From NCBI GenBank assembly GCA_003971905.1, contig RSEE01000077.1:62001-126000 (forward strand): 64,000 nucleotides of DNA, given 5' to 3'. Shown piece after piece: positions 50,520 through 62,133 of this stretch. The notes beneath the pieces are model-generated. The model had not been told where the DNA came from. It saw only the letters and a program-made list of their open reading frames with translations, and did not search any database. The translations under genes were made by a program, and so were the position numbers. The DNA is from Moniliella sp. 'wahieum'. Lineage: Eukaryota. Position 1 is the first letter of the stretch. Each line of letters opens with the position of its first letter.

Positions 50520-52178
50520 CCTAATACATCCCTTCCTGCATGTCCGACGAGAACAGCACCCCCGAAGAATCCACCCCCGACCCACACGTCGAGCAGGGGG
50601 AGAAGGATGGGTCGACCGACTTGGGAATCAAGCCATCCTCCAGACGCGGCTCCAGCGTCATGTCCGACAGCGCCACCGTCTCCTCATCCCACCACGAACG
50701 GGAACGGTAATCGGTTTCGACCCTTCCCCTGCTACTGCTCGTCTTCCCACGGCAGGAGAGGCAGGGTCGTACCCAATCCTGCATTCGTCGAATCATATGG
50801 TGGTGGGGTGGAGGAGAGGCGCGGCACTTCCATGTCGGCCGTCGTGTCCCAGCGGTCAAAACAGGTCGCCACCAAGGCAGAGGGTAGCCGGCAGACGATT
50901 GAGAAGGGACACTAGCCCAGGAACATGCGGCACAGACAACGTAGTTGTCGAGCCAGCAGACGGAGCCCAGGTTGTCATTGGAAAATGAAAGGTTGGCGAT
51001 GGGTTTGGACTGGGCCGCCGAGTCTGTAACGCGAGAGAGATGCGGTTAGTGTGTCATACTTGGACACGCGTCTTCATCATCGTTTTGTTTTGATCGGACC
51101 GTCTCAAAATGGTTAAACACTCACTGTGAACTGTCCTGGTGTATATTCCCTCTCAGAGCAGGGACTGCCGTGGTGAGTTTTCCCTTTCCGAATAAAGGAA
51201 CCGGTCACGGAAATCTATCAATGGAGACGCATCCATCATAGACGAGGGTTCGGACGGGGCAACGAGCTTGCGAAGGGGAACACGCTCCACCGAAGAGTAA
51301 TTCACACTTGCCCCACGACATGGCCTGTAAGGAGGTATTAGGCAGGTCATCGGCATGGCTTTGCCAGTTGTGCGCCCTCCCCGAGCGGCTGCATCAACCG
51401 AGTCCACATCGTGCAAGACCGCTGTATGATGCGCATGAGATGGTACGGCTTTCTCCCTGCCCATTCCATCCATGAATGCGTCGGCAAGCACACGCTTTTG
51501 CCTGCCTTTCCTCCTCGGCTGCCTGGGATTGGACCGAACGCGACGAGTTTGAAGCAACCCCACAATATCTAGGTCGGGCGCAGCGAACCCTGCTTGGGGG
51601 TCGTGTGTGCTTCAGGACGTGCCAGTTGTCTGGTGTCTTTCCAAGGGGGATCGATGTAGGTTGAGGCGTGTGTGGAAGCGAGCGCCCATTGGGAGCGAGT
51701 TGTCAAAACTTGGGAATCTGACAGAGAAATCAGTGACCGCGAGCGAAAGTGGGAGGGAGAGGGGCGAAGAAAGTGAAGCATACCGCGCTGCGCTTGCCGT
51801 CGGCTTGGGTGGATGGGAAAGTGTACAGGCGCCCGGCCGTACCCGCCCTGTAAGCATGCCCACGATCAGCCGCCTCGGCTTCTTTTCAAAGGCAAAAAGG
51901 AAAGAGTGAAGGGGAGGGGGTTCAAAGCTAACGCACGTGAGACTCCTCCTAGCTTCTTCCTGTTGCCCACCCTTGTGGAGAGGCACCCTCGGGTGGTACT
52001 TTGTACGGAGCGACGGGCAAAGAAGAGTGTGGGAATGGTGGGGCCTCGTTGCGTCCGCTGCGGGTGCGCGTGCAGAGGGTGAGGGGATGGGACGGGTGTT
52101 GCTGTGCTGCTGATGCTGCTGCTGTCGGTGCTTCCGGCGCTGCTCAAAATGAAACACGGCCTTGGGCTGAGGCGGCAT
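50520..52178 (-). CDS. Possible hypothetical protein (fragmented ORFs, no recognised domain)
   Basis: Successive minus-strand ORFs (51612-52178, 51153-51563, 50521-50859) in a gene-sized gap; no motif recognised. Confidence 0.3.
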
Positions 52179-53065
52179 TTTTCTGGTAGGGCCCGCTCCG
52201 TGCTAAACCGGGGTGGTAATCAGGCGAGAGAGGGGGCGGGAAGGAACGAGCCGGGAGGGGGAAGGGGAGGGGGGGTGGTCGTGAGTGGTTGTGGGTCGGT
52301 AATAGTGTGGGTACCAGGTAGTACTGACTAGGGGACTAGGGTGGCTATGCGGCAGATGCTTGCTATGCGCTTGAACGTTCAACTCGGCTTAATTTGCGGC
52401 TTGCTGGCTACGGCAGGGTCTGTCGCCGGACTTCGGCATAATCGATCATCCAACGATGGACGCATCACCCAGTCACGCCAGGGCACCTCCAGACAGCGCC
52501 AGGGTTAGGTGGGCGCATGACGCGTGAGGCCGTGAGGCGTGACGCATCACGTGACGAGGACTGTGGTGGCAGGTCGTGTGCCACATGTCAGCGATGATTA
52601 ATGAGCGAACAGATTGGACGGTGCAACCTCGCATGAAACGTGAAACAATGAAAATGAAAGATGAACAGTTCTTGCAGGACGCAGGAATTTTGTTACGGGG
52701 GCTGGTCCAGCAAGCAGTGGCGCTGCCTGGCAAGTCGTCACGCGTCAGCGTCAGGGCTCTCCGATCCGAAGGCGCTGACTTGGGCCGCTCAACCAGACGG
52801 CCCAAGAAGTTGCTCGTTTCGCTACCAACTTTCCTTCGGTAGCTGGCGCGCGCGTACAACACCCTCCACATGCCTCGCCTCTTCCCTTCTCTTTGCACAT
52901 CCGCCGGTGTTTCCCACACCTCGCTCGGCCTCCATCCCACCTCCCTCGCCGGGCCGTCTCCAGCATTAGTACTCACAACGACAGCCGCCACTCCCCCCCA
53001 AGATCCATCCATCCACACACATCACACCTCCACCAAATCGTGGCGGCCAATGTGAACATGATCCT

Positions 53066-54121
53066 GTGGGTGGTAGTGAAGAACCAAGTGACGGCCCCAG
53101 TGTGGTGGCAGCCACACCTTCTGAAGACGTGCACACCATGCCTGGCAAAGCGGCCAACCCATCGCCTCCGATCCAGCATACAGGCGCTAGCCACCTTTTG
53201 CCCCTTTGTCCCTCCCTGATTCCATCACCGAGCAGTCCGCCTTCTTCTTCCACTTCTGTCCCATCCAACACTCGACCTCCACCCTTGTACAGCTACCTCA
53301 CCGTCTTGAAGCGTGGCCGACTCCATGCGCCCAAAGGCCACAGTCTCAATCTTTGGAACGTGAAGAAGGTACCAACTTTGTCGTACCTGACCACGGCGGA
53401 AGCTGTGACTGAAGAACTTCGCTTTTTCAACTTGCTTGAACCGATTGGTTTTGATCTCGAGTGGAATCCCAACTTTGTCAAGGGCCAGCCGGTGAATCCG
53501 GTGGCATTGATCCAAATCGCTTCGCGCCAGCGCATCGTCCTAATCCAGCTCCCTCCGAGATCACCCCTGCCGCCTTCGTTGGTGGAACTACTAGCGAATC
53601 CGGCTGTACTCAAAGTGGGTGTGGGCATCGACTATGATGTCAAGAAGTTGCTCCAGGACAATGGTGCGCGTGTGGAGGGTGCAGTGGACTTGTCCGCCAT
53701 GGCGATCCGTCTGTTCCCTTCCCACTGGGAGACCGCAGAGGGTCTACCTCAGGCCGTCAGCCTCGCCCGTTTGACTCAGCACTACCTTCAATCTCCGATG
53801 CGCAAGGGCAGGGTACGTCGCAGCACATGGTCCGCTACGTTGAAGTCCAACCAGCAAGAATACGCGGCGAACGACGCGTATGCTTCGCTAGAGATCCTGT
53901 ACCGCTTTCTTTCTGCCATGGATCGGTCCACGCCAGACTCTTCCCGCGCCTCTCTCAGTCCATCCGAACAATCAGGTTATGGCACTGTCCAGAACCAACG
54001 TATCTTCCGCCTGATGCACACTTACTTTGCTGATCTCTTGACCCCGCTCACTCTGCCTCCCGATGTGGTGCCTTCCGATGACGCTATTTCTAATGTTGAC
54101 CGGATTCAGACTGGAAGCTGA
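53066..54121 (+). CDS. WRN/EXD-like DEDDy 3'-5' exonuclease (start uncertain)
   Basis: IGFDLEW (ExoI), VALIQIAS, KVGVGIDYDVKKL (ExoII), SLARLTQHYL, EYAANDAY (ExoIII). Confidence 0.9.
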   Translation: MGGSEEPSDGPSVVAATPSEDVHTMPGKAANPSPPIQHTGASHLLPLCPSLIPSPSSPPSSSTSVPSNTRPPPLYSYLTVLKRGRLHAPKGHSLNLWNVKKVPTLSYLTTAEAVTEELRFFNLLEPIGFDLEWNPNFVKGQPVNPVALIQIASRQRIVLIQLPPRSPLPPSLVELLANPAVLKVGVGIDYDVKKLLQDNGARVEGAVDLSAMAIRLFPSHWETAEGLPQAVSLARLTQHYLQSPMRKGRVRRSTWSATLKSNQQEYAANDAYASLEILYRFLSAMDRSTPDSSRASLSPSEQSGYGTVQNQRIFRLMHTYFADLLTPLTLPPDVVPSDDAISNVDRIQTGS

Positions 54122-54199
54122 GGCAGGCTTCACTGCCGCGTGCCCTGGCCAAGCTTGTGACATGTGTGTGAGGCGGGATTGACATGGTCTCTCTCTCCA

Positions 54200-54647
54200 T
54201 ATGACTTTGGCTGTGCCCAGTACTGGCGTGTTGGTGGCCTCTCTCTCCATCTACCTCGCATGTCACGATTTTTCCCCTTGCTGGTATTGTGGACGCGTGG
54301 TAGGAGTCTCCTGCATGCGACAACACGCGGTCTGTAGCTGGGAAATCACTAGCGTAGGGAGACTAGTCACTAGTCTGGGGTCATTTGGTCTCCCCCCCCT
54401 TGGCATGGCAGTGAATGTGGCCCAAGCGGGTATGCGGGGGTATTGGTTTCGACACAAGGCATAAGAGGATACAGCGGATACCACAAAGGAACCTCCGAGG
54501 GAATCGGTGGGCATAGGGCGTGATCTGTTTAGGCTGCCCTCTGCCTTGAGCGCAGCCATTCCTTGCCGCGGATCGCACACCAATGGGCAGGAAGGGGTAT
54601 TTTTGCCAAAAGGGAGATGCAGCGTTCGTACTCGGTACTTCTGACAT
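54200..54647 (-). CDS. Possible small intron-containing membrane protein
   Basis: ATG MSEVPSTNAASPFWQKYPFLPI then hydrophobic GGSFVVSAVSSYAL..PAWATFTAM in another frame; divergent from UBP6. Confidence 0.25.
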
Positions 54648-54988
54648 CTTTCGGGCGTGGACCTCCTGTGAGCGCTTTGATAGTGCGGTGGGCGCGGCGA
54701 GAGCTACATTAACCTCCCGCTCTCCCCACTGGCTGGGCTGGGCAGCGACATGGGGGCGGATCAATGTTTTCCATGGAGATGGCGTATATACGCGTCGAGC
54801 GGGAGGGACTCGACGCACCGCTCCTGCCGCCGATGGGGCTCATCACGTGCACAGACCTCTGCCCAGGCAGCTTTGAAAGATTGGAGGTTGAATTGGAGCG
54901 CCGGATCGCCTATCTGCGCATCCTATTTGCCCCAAAGCGACCCCCACACCGACACGCACCACTCCGCTCGGTCTGCCTGTCGGGCCCA

Positions 54989-56717
54989 ATGCGCTGCGCC
55001 CAAGTGCGCCACCAGGGCCAGCTGTACCATGTTTCCTACGACGCTGCCCAGCCACTGCCTGTCTTCCAGCACGCCGTCTTCACCGCCACTGGCGTGGCCG
55101 TCGAGCGGCAGAAGCTGCTGGCCAAGGGCCGGCTGCTGAAGGATATGAGTGCCTTGGCGGCGCCCCACCCCCGCCGCCGCCCCTGCTGCTGGTTGGCACA
55201 TCCAGCCCGCTTCCCCGCCTCCACCGGCACTCACGACGACCGGTATGCAGGACGACACAGGCGCCCCGATGACCGAGGAGGAAGCCTTTGATCCCTCCCG
55301 CACAGGCCTGGTCAACTTGGGCCATACGTGCTACCTTAACTCCACCCTGCAGGTCTTGCGCGCGATCGCAGAGCTGCAGACCGCCTTGAACCTGGCCCAA
55401 CTCGAGGGCAAGGACAGTCCCGATACCTCCCTGGCATGCGGCCTGCGTGACTTGTACCAACGCATGAACAGCCAGCCAGATGCCATTCCCCCTTCTGCCT
55501 TTCTTGCGGTCAGTCCACCGCTGTCCTCCTTCTCTTGTTCGAATGGGCCCGGCTGACGTTTGGTCCCTGCCGGGGGTCTGCATCGTACCAGGCGCTGCGT
55601 ACCTTGGCTCCTCAGTTTTCCGAGCGAGCACCAGAGTCGCAAGGGGGCGAGTACCTCCCTCAAGACGCGTCCGAAGTCTGGGCGGTGACGATGGACGCAC
55701 TGGAATCCAGCTTGCCTGCTTTGGTCGTTGGCGAGACGGGCGAGAAGACGGCAAGCGCTCATGCCGTCACCCCGACCCACAACTTTGTCTCTCAGTTCTT
55801 AACTGGCCGCTTGGTTGTGACTCGATCGTGCCCCAAGCGCCTGAAGAAGCGCCGAGCCAAAGCGAGGAAGCATTTACGCTGCTCCCATGCCCCATCACCG
55901 GGGATACCAAGGAGCTAATGCAAGCTATCCTCGCTGGCTTGAGCCAAGAGATTGAGAAGCACAGTCCCTCCCTTGGTCGGACAGTGCCGTATGAGGAGTG
56001 TAGTCGAATTGCCCGCTTGCCCGCCTACCTCCCCATCCACCTGAACCGCTTTTATTGGCGGCGGGAGGTGGGACAGAAAACTAAGATCGTGCGTAAAGTC
56101 CAGTTCCCTCTCAACCTGGATACCTGGCCCTTGCTCAGCGACGATCTCCGACGTCGCACCCGGCCCGCAGCCATAACGTTGCGCCAAATTGAATGGGACC
56201 GACGCGAACGTGCGCTGGACCAGGCCAGGGCACGCGCACGCCTCCATCGTCGTCAGCTTGCCCTGCGCTCGTGGGACGAGGAGCGGGATGGCACTCTGCC
56301 CAGTCCCGACGAATGGGATACCGCGGCCGGCTTGCCTGCCACAGCGCTTCTCACCCCTCAACAAGAGCAACAGCTACGGGAGCAGGAACGACTCGCTTTC
56401 CGTGCCAGTCTCGATCCCGACCTCGCAGCCGACATAGGGTGCAACCCCACAGGACTCTACGAACTCCTGGGCCTCGTGACGCACAAAGGGGGGCGACGGA
56501 GAATGGGCATTATATGGGGTGGGTCAGGCAGGACCCCCAGCAGGACAGCCAGCAGGATAGCCAGTCGGGCGAGTCGGGCCAGGCACCCAAGTGGTACCGC
56601 TTCAACGACCAGACGGTCGACGAGTTCTCGCAAAACGCGATTGTTGATCTGGAGGGGGGCACGACAGGCAACTCTCTGGCCTACATTTTACTGTATCGGC
56701 GCAAGACACTAGAATGA
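54989..56717 (+). CDS. UBP6: Ubiquitin-specific protease with N-terminal UBL domain, Ubp6/USP14-like (frameshifted)
   Basis: UBL: TGVAVERQKLLAKG; Cys box GLVNLGHTCYLNSTLQ; QDASE; RFYWRRE..KIVRKVQFP; His box THKG..GHYMGWV; WYRFND. Confidence 0.9.
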
Positions 56718-56980
56718 CGACGAACGGGTATCCTTGTTAATGAGCTGCGCGTAGACAGTAGACACGGGAACGGCACAGCGGCTGACAACAAAATCCATTA
56801 GGCGTCCGTCTTATACGCTCAGTCTCTAGCCAGCCCTTCTCTATATACTACGTCGGCATTGCTTGGTTCCCCGCGTCGAGCAAGTCGAGCTATCTCAGTC
56901 GATTTCAGCGGAGGGAGGCGCCATTGGACCAGAGCACCAGAAGCAACGGCACCAGGGAGAAATAGCAGTGCAGGAAAGAG

Positions 56981-59419
56981 TTAGGAGGGACTGCACATTT
57001 GGGCCGCTAACGCGAAGTGTGGTGCGCAGACAAGGCGTTTTGCATGCGACAGCTCGGCATGCGATGGCCCCATCGAGTCACGCATGTTGGCCGCAGCAGC
57101 CCGAGCCGCCAAAGCAGCCGCGGCGCCTGGGGTAGAGGCACCACTCATCGTACCGCGGCGAGAGTAAGCCGGCTTGACGGCAATAGGAAAGCGGAACCGT
57201 TCCTCGTCCTCGTCCTCCGCTTCAGGTTGGCCAATGCTGCGCCAGAACTGGCTATGGCCCGACTCGCTTCGCGATAACGGCACCCCCTCCTCTCCACCGT
57301 TCCAGCCCATTTTGCCCAGCGAGTCGGTGAGCGTACCAAAGTCCCCTGGCGTGCGCAGTCCCGAGAACCTGGGCGAGCTGGGGACGCTCAACACCCCGTA
57401 CCGCTCCAGCGGGTCCATCTCGGATCCCTCCTGTGTGCCCAACTGGAAGAAAGGGTCGTCGTCATCATCAAAGCTGTCTGGGTACGCGCGACGGAGAGCG
57501 AGTTGGCGTGCCTTGGCGTACTCCAGCCCCAACTTTTTCCAGTCGAGCAATTCAGACAGACGCTCGGTGCGGTTGCGCTGGTTGATGCGTTGGCGCCGAG
57601 TTTTGGTCACAAATGATGTCATCTTGTCCGTCAACATCTCCACCGATTCCTCCACACTCTTCTGGCGCCGATCCACAATGTAAATCCCATAATCCTCTGC
57701 ATCCTCAATCATATCCTCCATAAAACACCCAAAGCCCGAAAGGTTGCTGGTGATGCTTGGGATTCCGAGCACAGCACACTCGGCCGGCGTGTACCCCCAA
57801 GGTTCGTAGTACGAGGGGAATACACCCAGGTGGCATCCTCGGACAAAGTCCTCATAGTCCATCCCCAAGATGGGGTTGTTGGCATTGAGGAACTCGGGAT
57901 GAAAGATAACCTTCACCCGGTCTTCCGGTCGATTGAAGAGGTGTACGCGGCGAATCTGGCTTAGGATCGGGTCCTTGGCATCATCCACCATATTGTGGGT
58001 GACAACGGGGGGGAACGTCGTGCGGCGCATGGCAAACAGACGCCGCTTGAGCGCAATCTTGTCCTTGTCATCCAACAAGGATTCCGGATCAATCTGCTCC
58101 AAGTTGGCCGATGCTGAGCCGGCAGAACGTGCAGTGCGCTCAAGCAACCGTTGTCCGATCCGTGTGCTAATCTGATCCACCGTCTCTTTGAGTGCCTTGG
58201 TCACCGCCTGACCTTTCAGCGCTTCGGTCGTATAGCTTGTGGTGGCCGCCGGCATAATAATAAATGCCACCACCGTCGTTTTGGACCCCGACGCTTTCAG
58301 TCGCCCATTGAGGCGAGCCAGCGACTCGATAAACATGTCCACACCCTTGTTCCGGAACTCGTACCGCCCCGCCGTGAACATGAGAATTGTGTTGTCCAGA
58401 TCAAAGTCATAGTGGCCGTAAAAGTGGCCGCGGACAAACTCGTTGATCTTGGCTTTAGAAAGAGCATGCAAGTTTTGGAACTCGTGCATGGCCGAGTACT
58501 TTACCACATTGAGACCGTTGGGCGTCACGCCATCTGGACGGCGCTTGAGGAGGTGCTCAGCTTCGTACGCCGTAATGTCACTGACAGTGGTAAATACATC
58601 GGCGCAGTGTGCCGCACCGCGCTCAATGCAGTACCGATGGTAGATCCCCCGCTTGCCGGCTTCGGCATCCACATCAAAGTACTGCAAGTTGTTGTAAAAG
58701 TCTTCCGAGCCCGCACACAGATACCGACCGAGCAACGTGGCGTGGGTAGTAAAGATAGTTGTCACGTCCAGCCTGCGCTTGCGGATGAGGGGGATGGCGA
58801 GGCCGGCCTGCCACTCGTGGAACTGGGCAATGATCGCATGTTGGCGTTCGTGGAAGGCAAACTCGCCCAAGAACCAGGCGACAAGGTACCCCAAAAGCAC
58901 TGTGTCATTCGTCTCCTGGTCATGCTGCGGCGTGGGAATCTGAGCCACGTGCCACAAATCTTGCTTCCACTCGTCCATCCTGTACGCGACCGAGGCCAGA
59001 TCAAACAAGAGCACATGGGGGGTACGATCAATCAGCCAGCGACCATACAGTAGTCGCACCCCGCGCTCCCGCATCGAGGCAATAGTCGCCTTCATGGCCG
59101 CATTGCTCGGCTCGGCTTCCTCCACCTCCATCGACGCGCTCTTGTAGGACAGGGGACCGAGCAAAGTGTAGCGCCCCCCATTGTACTCTTGCTCCGTGAT
59201 GGGCGCCTTGGTCTTGATAACAGTGTAGATACCACCGACTGGGCAGGGGCGTAGGAACGTGCGGCCCAAGGTCACATTCAGGTCAGTCCGGCGAACCCTC
59301 AGGATCACGGACGGGGGCAGGGGAGAGGAACATAGGAACATACCCTTGTTGGCCACTTCCCAGGCGCACTCAAAGAGGATGGGGGCGTGGACGTCCCGAG
59401 TAGGGCTGGACAAAGCCAT
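56981..59419 (-). CDS. GSY1: Glycogen synthase (GT3), with 105-nt intron 59239-59343
   Basis: [77 protein letters not shown]. Confidence 0.97.
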   Translation of the reverse strand: MALSSPTRDVHAPILFECAWEVANKGMFLCSSPLPPSVILRVRRTDLNVTLGRTFLRPCPVGGIYTVIKTKAPITEQEYNGGRYTLLGPLSYKSASMEVEEAEPSNAAMKATIASMRERGVRLLYGRWLIDRTPHVLLFDLASVAYRMDEWKQDLWHVAQIPTPQHDQETNDTVLLGYLVAWFLGEFAFHERQHAIIAQFHEWQAGLAIPLIRKRRLDVTTIFTTHATLLGRYLCAGSEDFYNNLQYFDVDAEAGKRGIYHRYCIERGAAHCADVFTTVSDITAYEAEHLLKRRPDGVTPNGLNVVKYSAMHEFQNLHALSKAKINEFVRGHFYGHYDFDLDNTILMFTAGRYEFRNKGVDMFIESLARLNGRLKASGSKTTVVAFIIMPAATTSYTTEALKGQAVTKALKETVDQISTRIGQRLLERTARSAGSASANLEQIDPESLLDDKDKIALKRRLFAMRRTTFPPVVTHNMVDDAKDPILSQIRRVHLFNRPEDRVKVIFHPEFLNANNPILGMDYEDFVRGCHLGVFPSYYEPWGYTPAECAVLGIPSITSNLSGFGCFMEDMIEDAEDYGIYIVDRRQKSVEESVEMLTDKMTSFVTKTRRQRINQRNRTERLSELLDWKKLGLEYAKARQLALRRAYPDSFDDDDDPFFQLGTQEGSEMDPLERYGVLSVPSSPRFSGLRTPGDFGTLTDSLGKMGWNGGEEGVPLSRSESGHSQFWRSIGQPEAEDEDEERFRFPIAVKPAYSRRGTMSGASTPGAAAALAARAAAANMRDSMGPSHAELSHAKRLVCAPHFALAAQMCSPS

Positions 59420-60419
59420 GGACGCGAGCTACGTGCGAATGGAGGGTGGAAGACGGGGCAAATGATACGGATGCGTCGGAGAGTTAGTGGGGCACTGTGC
59501 GGCGGCGACCCACTGTCGACGTCGACTCTAGCTCCAGCACAGGTGCAGCCGGGAGGGCGGAGCGGGCAGATAGATGGGGGAGGAAGGCAGCGAGCCGGCC
59601 GGGCGGACTGGCAGACAGTGGGAGGCAGCCGCAGACAGACGCTCCTACTCGGGCTGGGCCGGAGCGTGCCGGAGCAGGCTGCCCAGCACATCACATGATG
59701 TGTCACAGACGCCCGCCAGACGACGCAGGGAGCTCGTCGCGTTCATCAGCATGCCGGTGATGGATGATGTCGATGACGCCGTATCTCGTATCGCTTCTGC
59801 ATTCTGCAAATAGATTGGCTATGATGTCATACATGCATGATGGATGATGGGTACCGCCAGGTGCTGTCGCCTGCTGCCGTTGTCTACACCTGACGCGTGA
59901 CGCGTGACGGCTGACTGGATGGAGTGTGCTGAGAGATATCCAGGGAGTGCCGAGTGCTGGCCGATATCAATACTTCGAACCGGCAGCTCCTAGATGCAGT
60001 GCGCCGCCCAGGTGATCACCTGTGCTCCGAGTCTCCTCCAGCGGAGGCCAGAATGTGGCCCGCGCACATGCGAGTTGCCACACCAGTGTGTATATGTCGG
60101 GCGACTAGGGACTACAGTTACATGTTATAGTGTAGCACACAGAAGTCATCCGCACAACACAACACATCCGCGTGTATCGGAACAACGTTTCTTGGTCCAT
60201 TCAAGCTCGGCACGGGTATTTGGAGCTCGTGTTCATTAATCATTGCGCCGTGAGCTGTTCTGTTTCTGTTGCGCTGTGGGTTAAAGCTTAAGGGCCCCTC
60301 TTCAGTTTCACAGGTTGAGACTTGCTTTAGTGAGAGTACCATAGCGGTCCCATATATACTCACACTTGTGCTGCTGGCGACCTACGGTGATACATCAAGG
60401 CAATGAGTGCGAAATGACA

Positions 60420-62018
60420 TCTATTCACGACGTTCACACACGATTCGCGAACGTGCTTACGCAGACCACTTTTCTGTACGGGATCCCTGGGAAGAGCTCC
60501 TCGGCGTCGGTACCGCGTTCAGAATTCATTCGGCGTTTAACTTCGGGAGCAGGAGCGACCAATGCGGATACGAGCTCACCGCACTGTCTTCAATCCCCAG
60601 AATCCTCCGCAACACGTTCACGTACGAGGCGGTTGGGTGGGTGGGTGTGCCCGCCACTTGACAAGTCGGCCTCCACCTGCTCCCAAACTTTGACTTCCCC
60701 CTGGGTCGTGCGGTTATCTTTTGGGAAAGCGCCAGAGCGCACCATGGCCAAATGGACAAGCACAAACTTTTACTTCCACGGCGCATACCGGAATTTGGGC
60801 CGGGGCCCGATGCGCATATTAGTCCAACTTGTTCCAAGTATCGTCAAGGTAGTAGCTTAGTCATACAATAAGGTCATGTTCGACCTTGTCGGAGGAGGAC
60901 TTATTCGATTGCGGTACTGCACGGGGTCATAGGAGAGGTTAGCCGCGATCCTGGGCATTGTGGGAGATGAGGCGCACTTGATTCAGTAGATCATGCCGAA
61001 GAGTGTTCCAATGGGGGTCAGGACCTTCTTGAGCTCAAGGAGAAAGTCGTCCAAAGGTCCTTCTGGTTGAGGTTAAGAGGGATGCGTAGGCGCTGCCGAT
61101 CCTCAGCACGCAGTAGGAAGCGCTGCACACGAGACCACAGGTAGGTATTGTCGGTAATGGACACACCCGGGGCACACCGCACACCGAGATCGCGAGGGCA
61201 GAAACCCACGGCTTCAGGGACCGACGTTAGTCAGATAATAGCCAACAAGGAATCCGAAGAGGCCAACATACCTTGTTCACGTCCAAGAATGACCGGTAAC
61301 GCTTCTGCGGGGTCTTCACGGAAACTGATATCAACTCCCGATGATTAGTCTCCATGCGATCTATCCCAAAGCATCAAGCGCCTGACGTAGTCGACTGCCT
61401 CCCAACCGTCCGACCGTCGCAGGTTCGTCTAAATCTTGTTCGTCGAGCAAGCCCTGTTCGAGCATTGGGGGAATGTCTGGAAACTGGTGCGTTGCTCCGG
61501 GCGATGTGTCGTCCCCGTCCCGGATAAAGTCGGCCACTCGAAACTGCGGCCGGGATTGCCCGCCACGCTACCAATGGCAAGTTCTCGGGAGTGTCTTGGT
61601 TGCGGACTTGCTCCACACGCTCATCCGGAGCGCGCGTGGGCCGTCCGCTGGCAGGCCGCCGGCGTCACGAGCGGACACTTTGCGATGGAGCACGGGCACG
61701 CTGGGCTGCGCTGGGCCTGGCTTGACCTCGGCCATGGTCGTCTTGTTTGCACTCGAGGGTGCTTCGGGTGGCCGGAGGTTGCTCGTACTCTGCGCCACCT
61801 CATCCACGGCGTGACAAAGCTCAATATGGCGATGTAACACGGTATTGATGTGCTTGTCTGCCCTCGCATGCTTGAGCGCGTTCCCCTGGTGCATCGGTCG
61901 AACTGTGCAAGCTAGGCACTGGTACCACATTGTTCCCGTCAGCTTCAGTGGGTGCAGACCGGGTAAAAGGCACCTCAGATGCCCTCGTCCTCTCGTGCAA
62001 CGCGCGAGCCGTTGCCAT
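60420..62018 (-). pseudogene. Degenerate zinc-finger gene, possibly a DNA-transposon relic
   Basis: WYQCLACTVRPMHQGNALKHARADKH (C-x2-C..H-x5-H); intron GTATGT..CTAAC..AG ~61212-61271; downstream fragments TPIGTLFGMI / MPRIAANLSYDP with stops. Confidence 0.4.
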
Positions 62019-62109
62019 CCGTTGGGTCCGAGAATCGACGTAGAGGTGCGGTGGTGACTTTGATATTAGTCACTGGGGATGGGTTACTTTGGTGGTGGTG
62101 GCAGCGGGA

Positions 62110-62133
62110 TAAGCGCTAAGCGCTAAGCGCTAA
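62110..62133. repeat. Heptamer array TAA-GCGC x3
   Basis: TAAGCGCTAAGCGCTAAGCGCTAA. Confidence 0.9.

Noticed and set aside
55307..55345. UBP6 Cys box NLGHTCY instead of NLGNTCY
   Set aside because: Catalytic Cys, His (GHY), ND motif and the first Asn are retained; minor variation.
58151..59053. 300-aa plus-strand ORF (also 3615-4466, 41615-42469, 22390-23292)
   Set aside because: Antisense shadows of real genes in GC-rich DNA.
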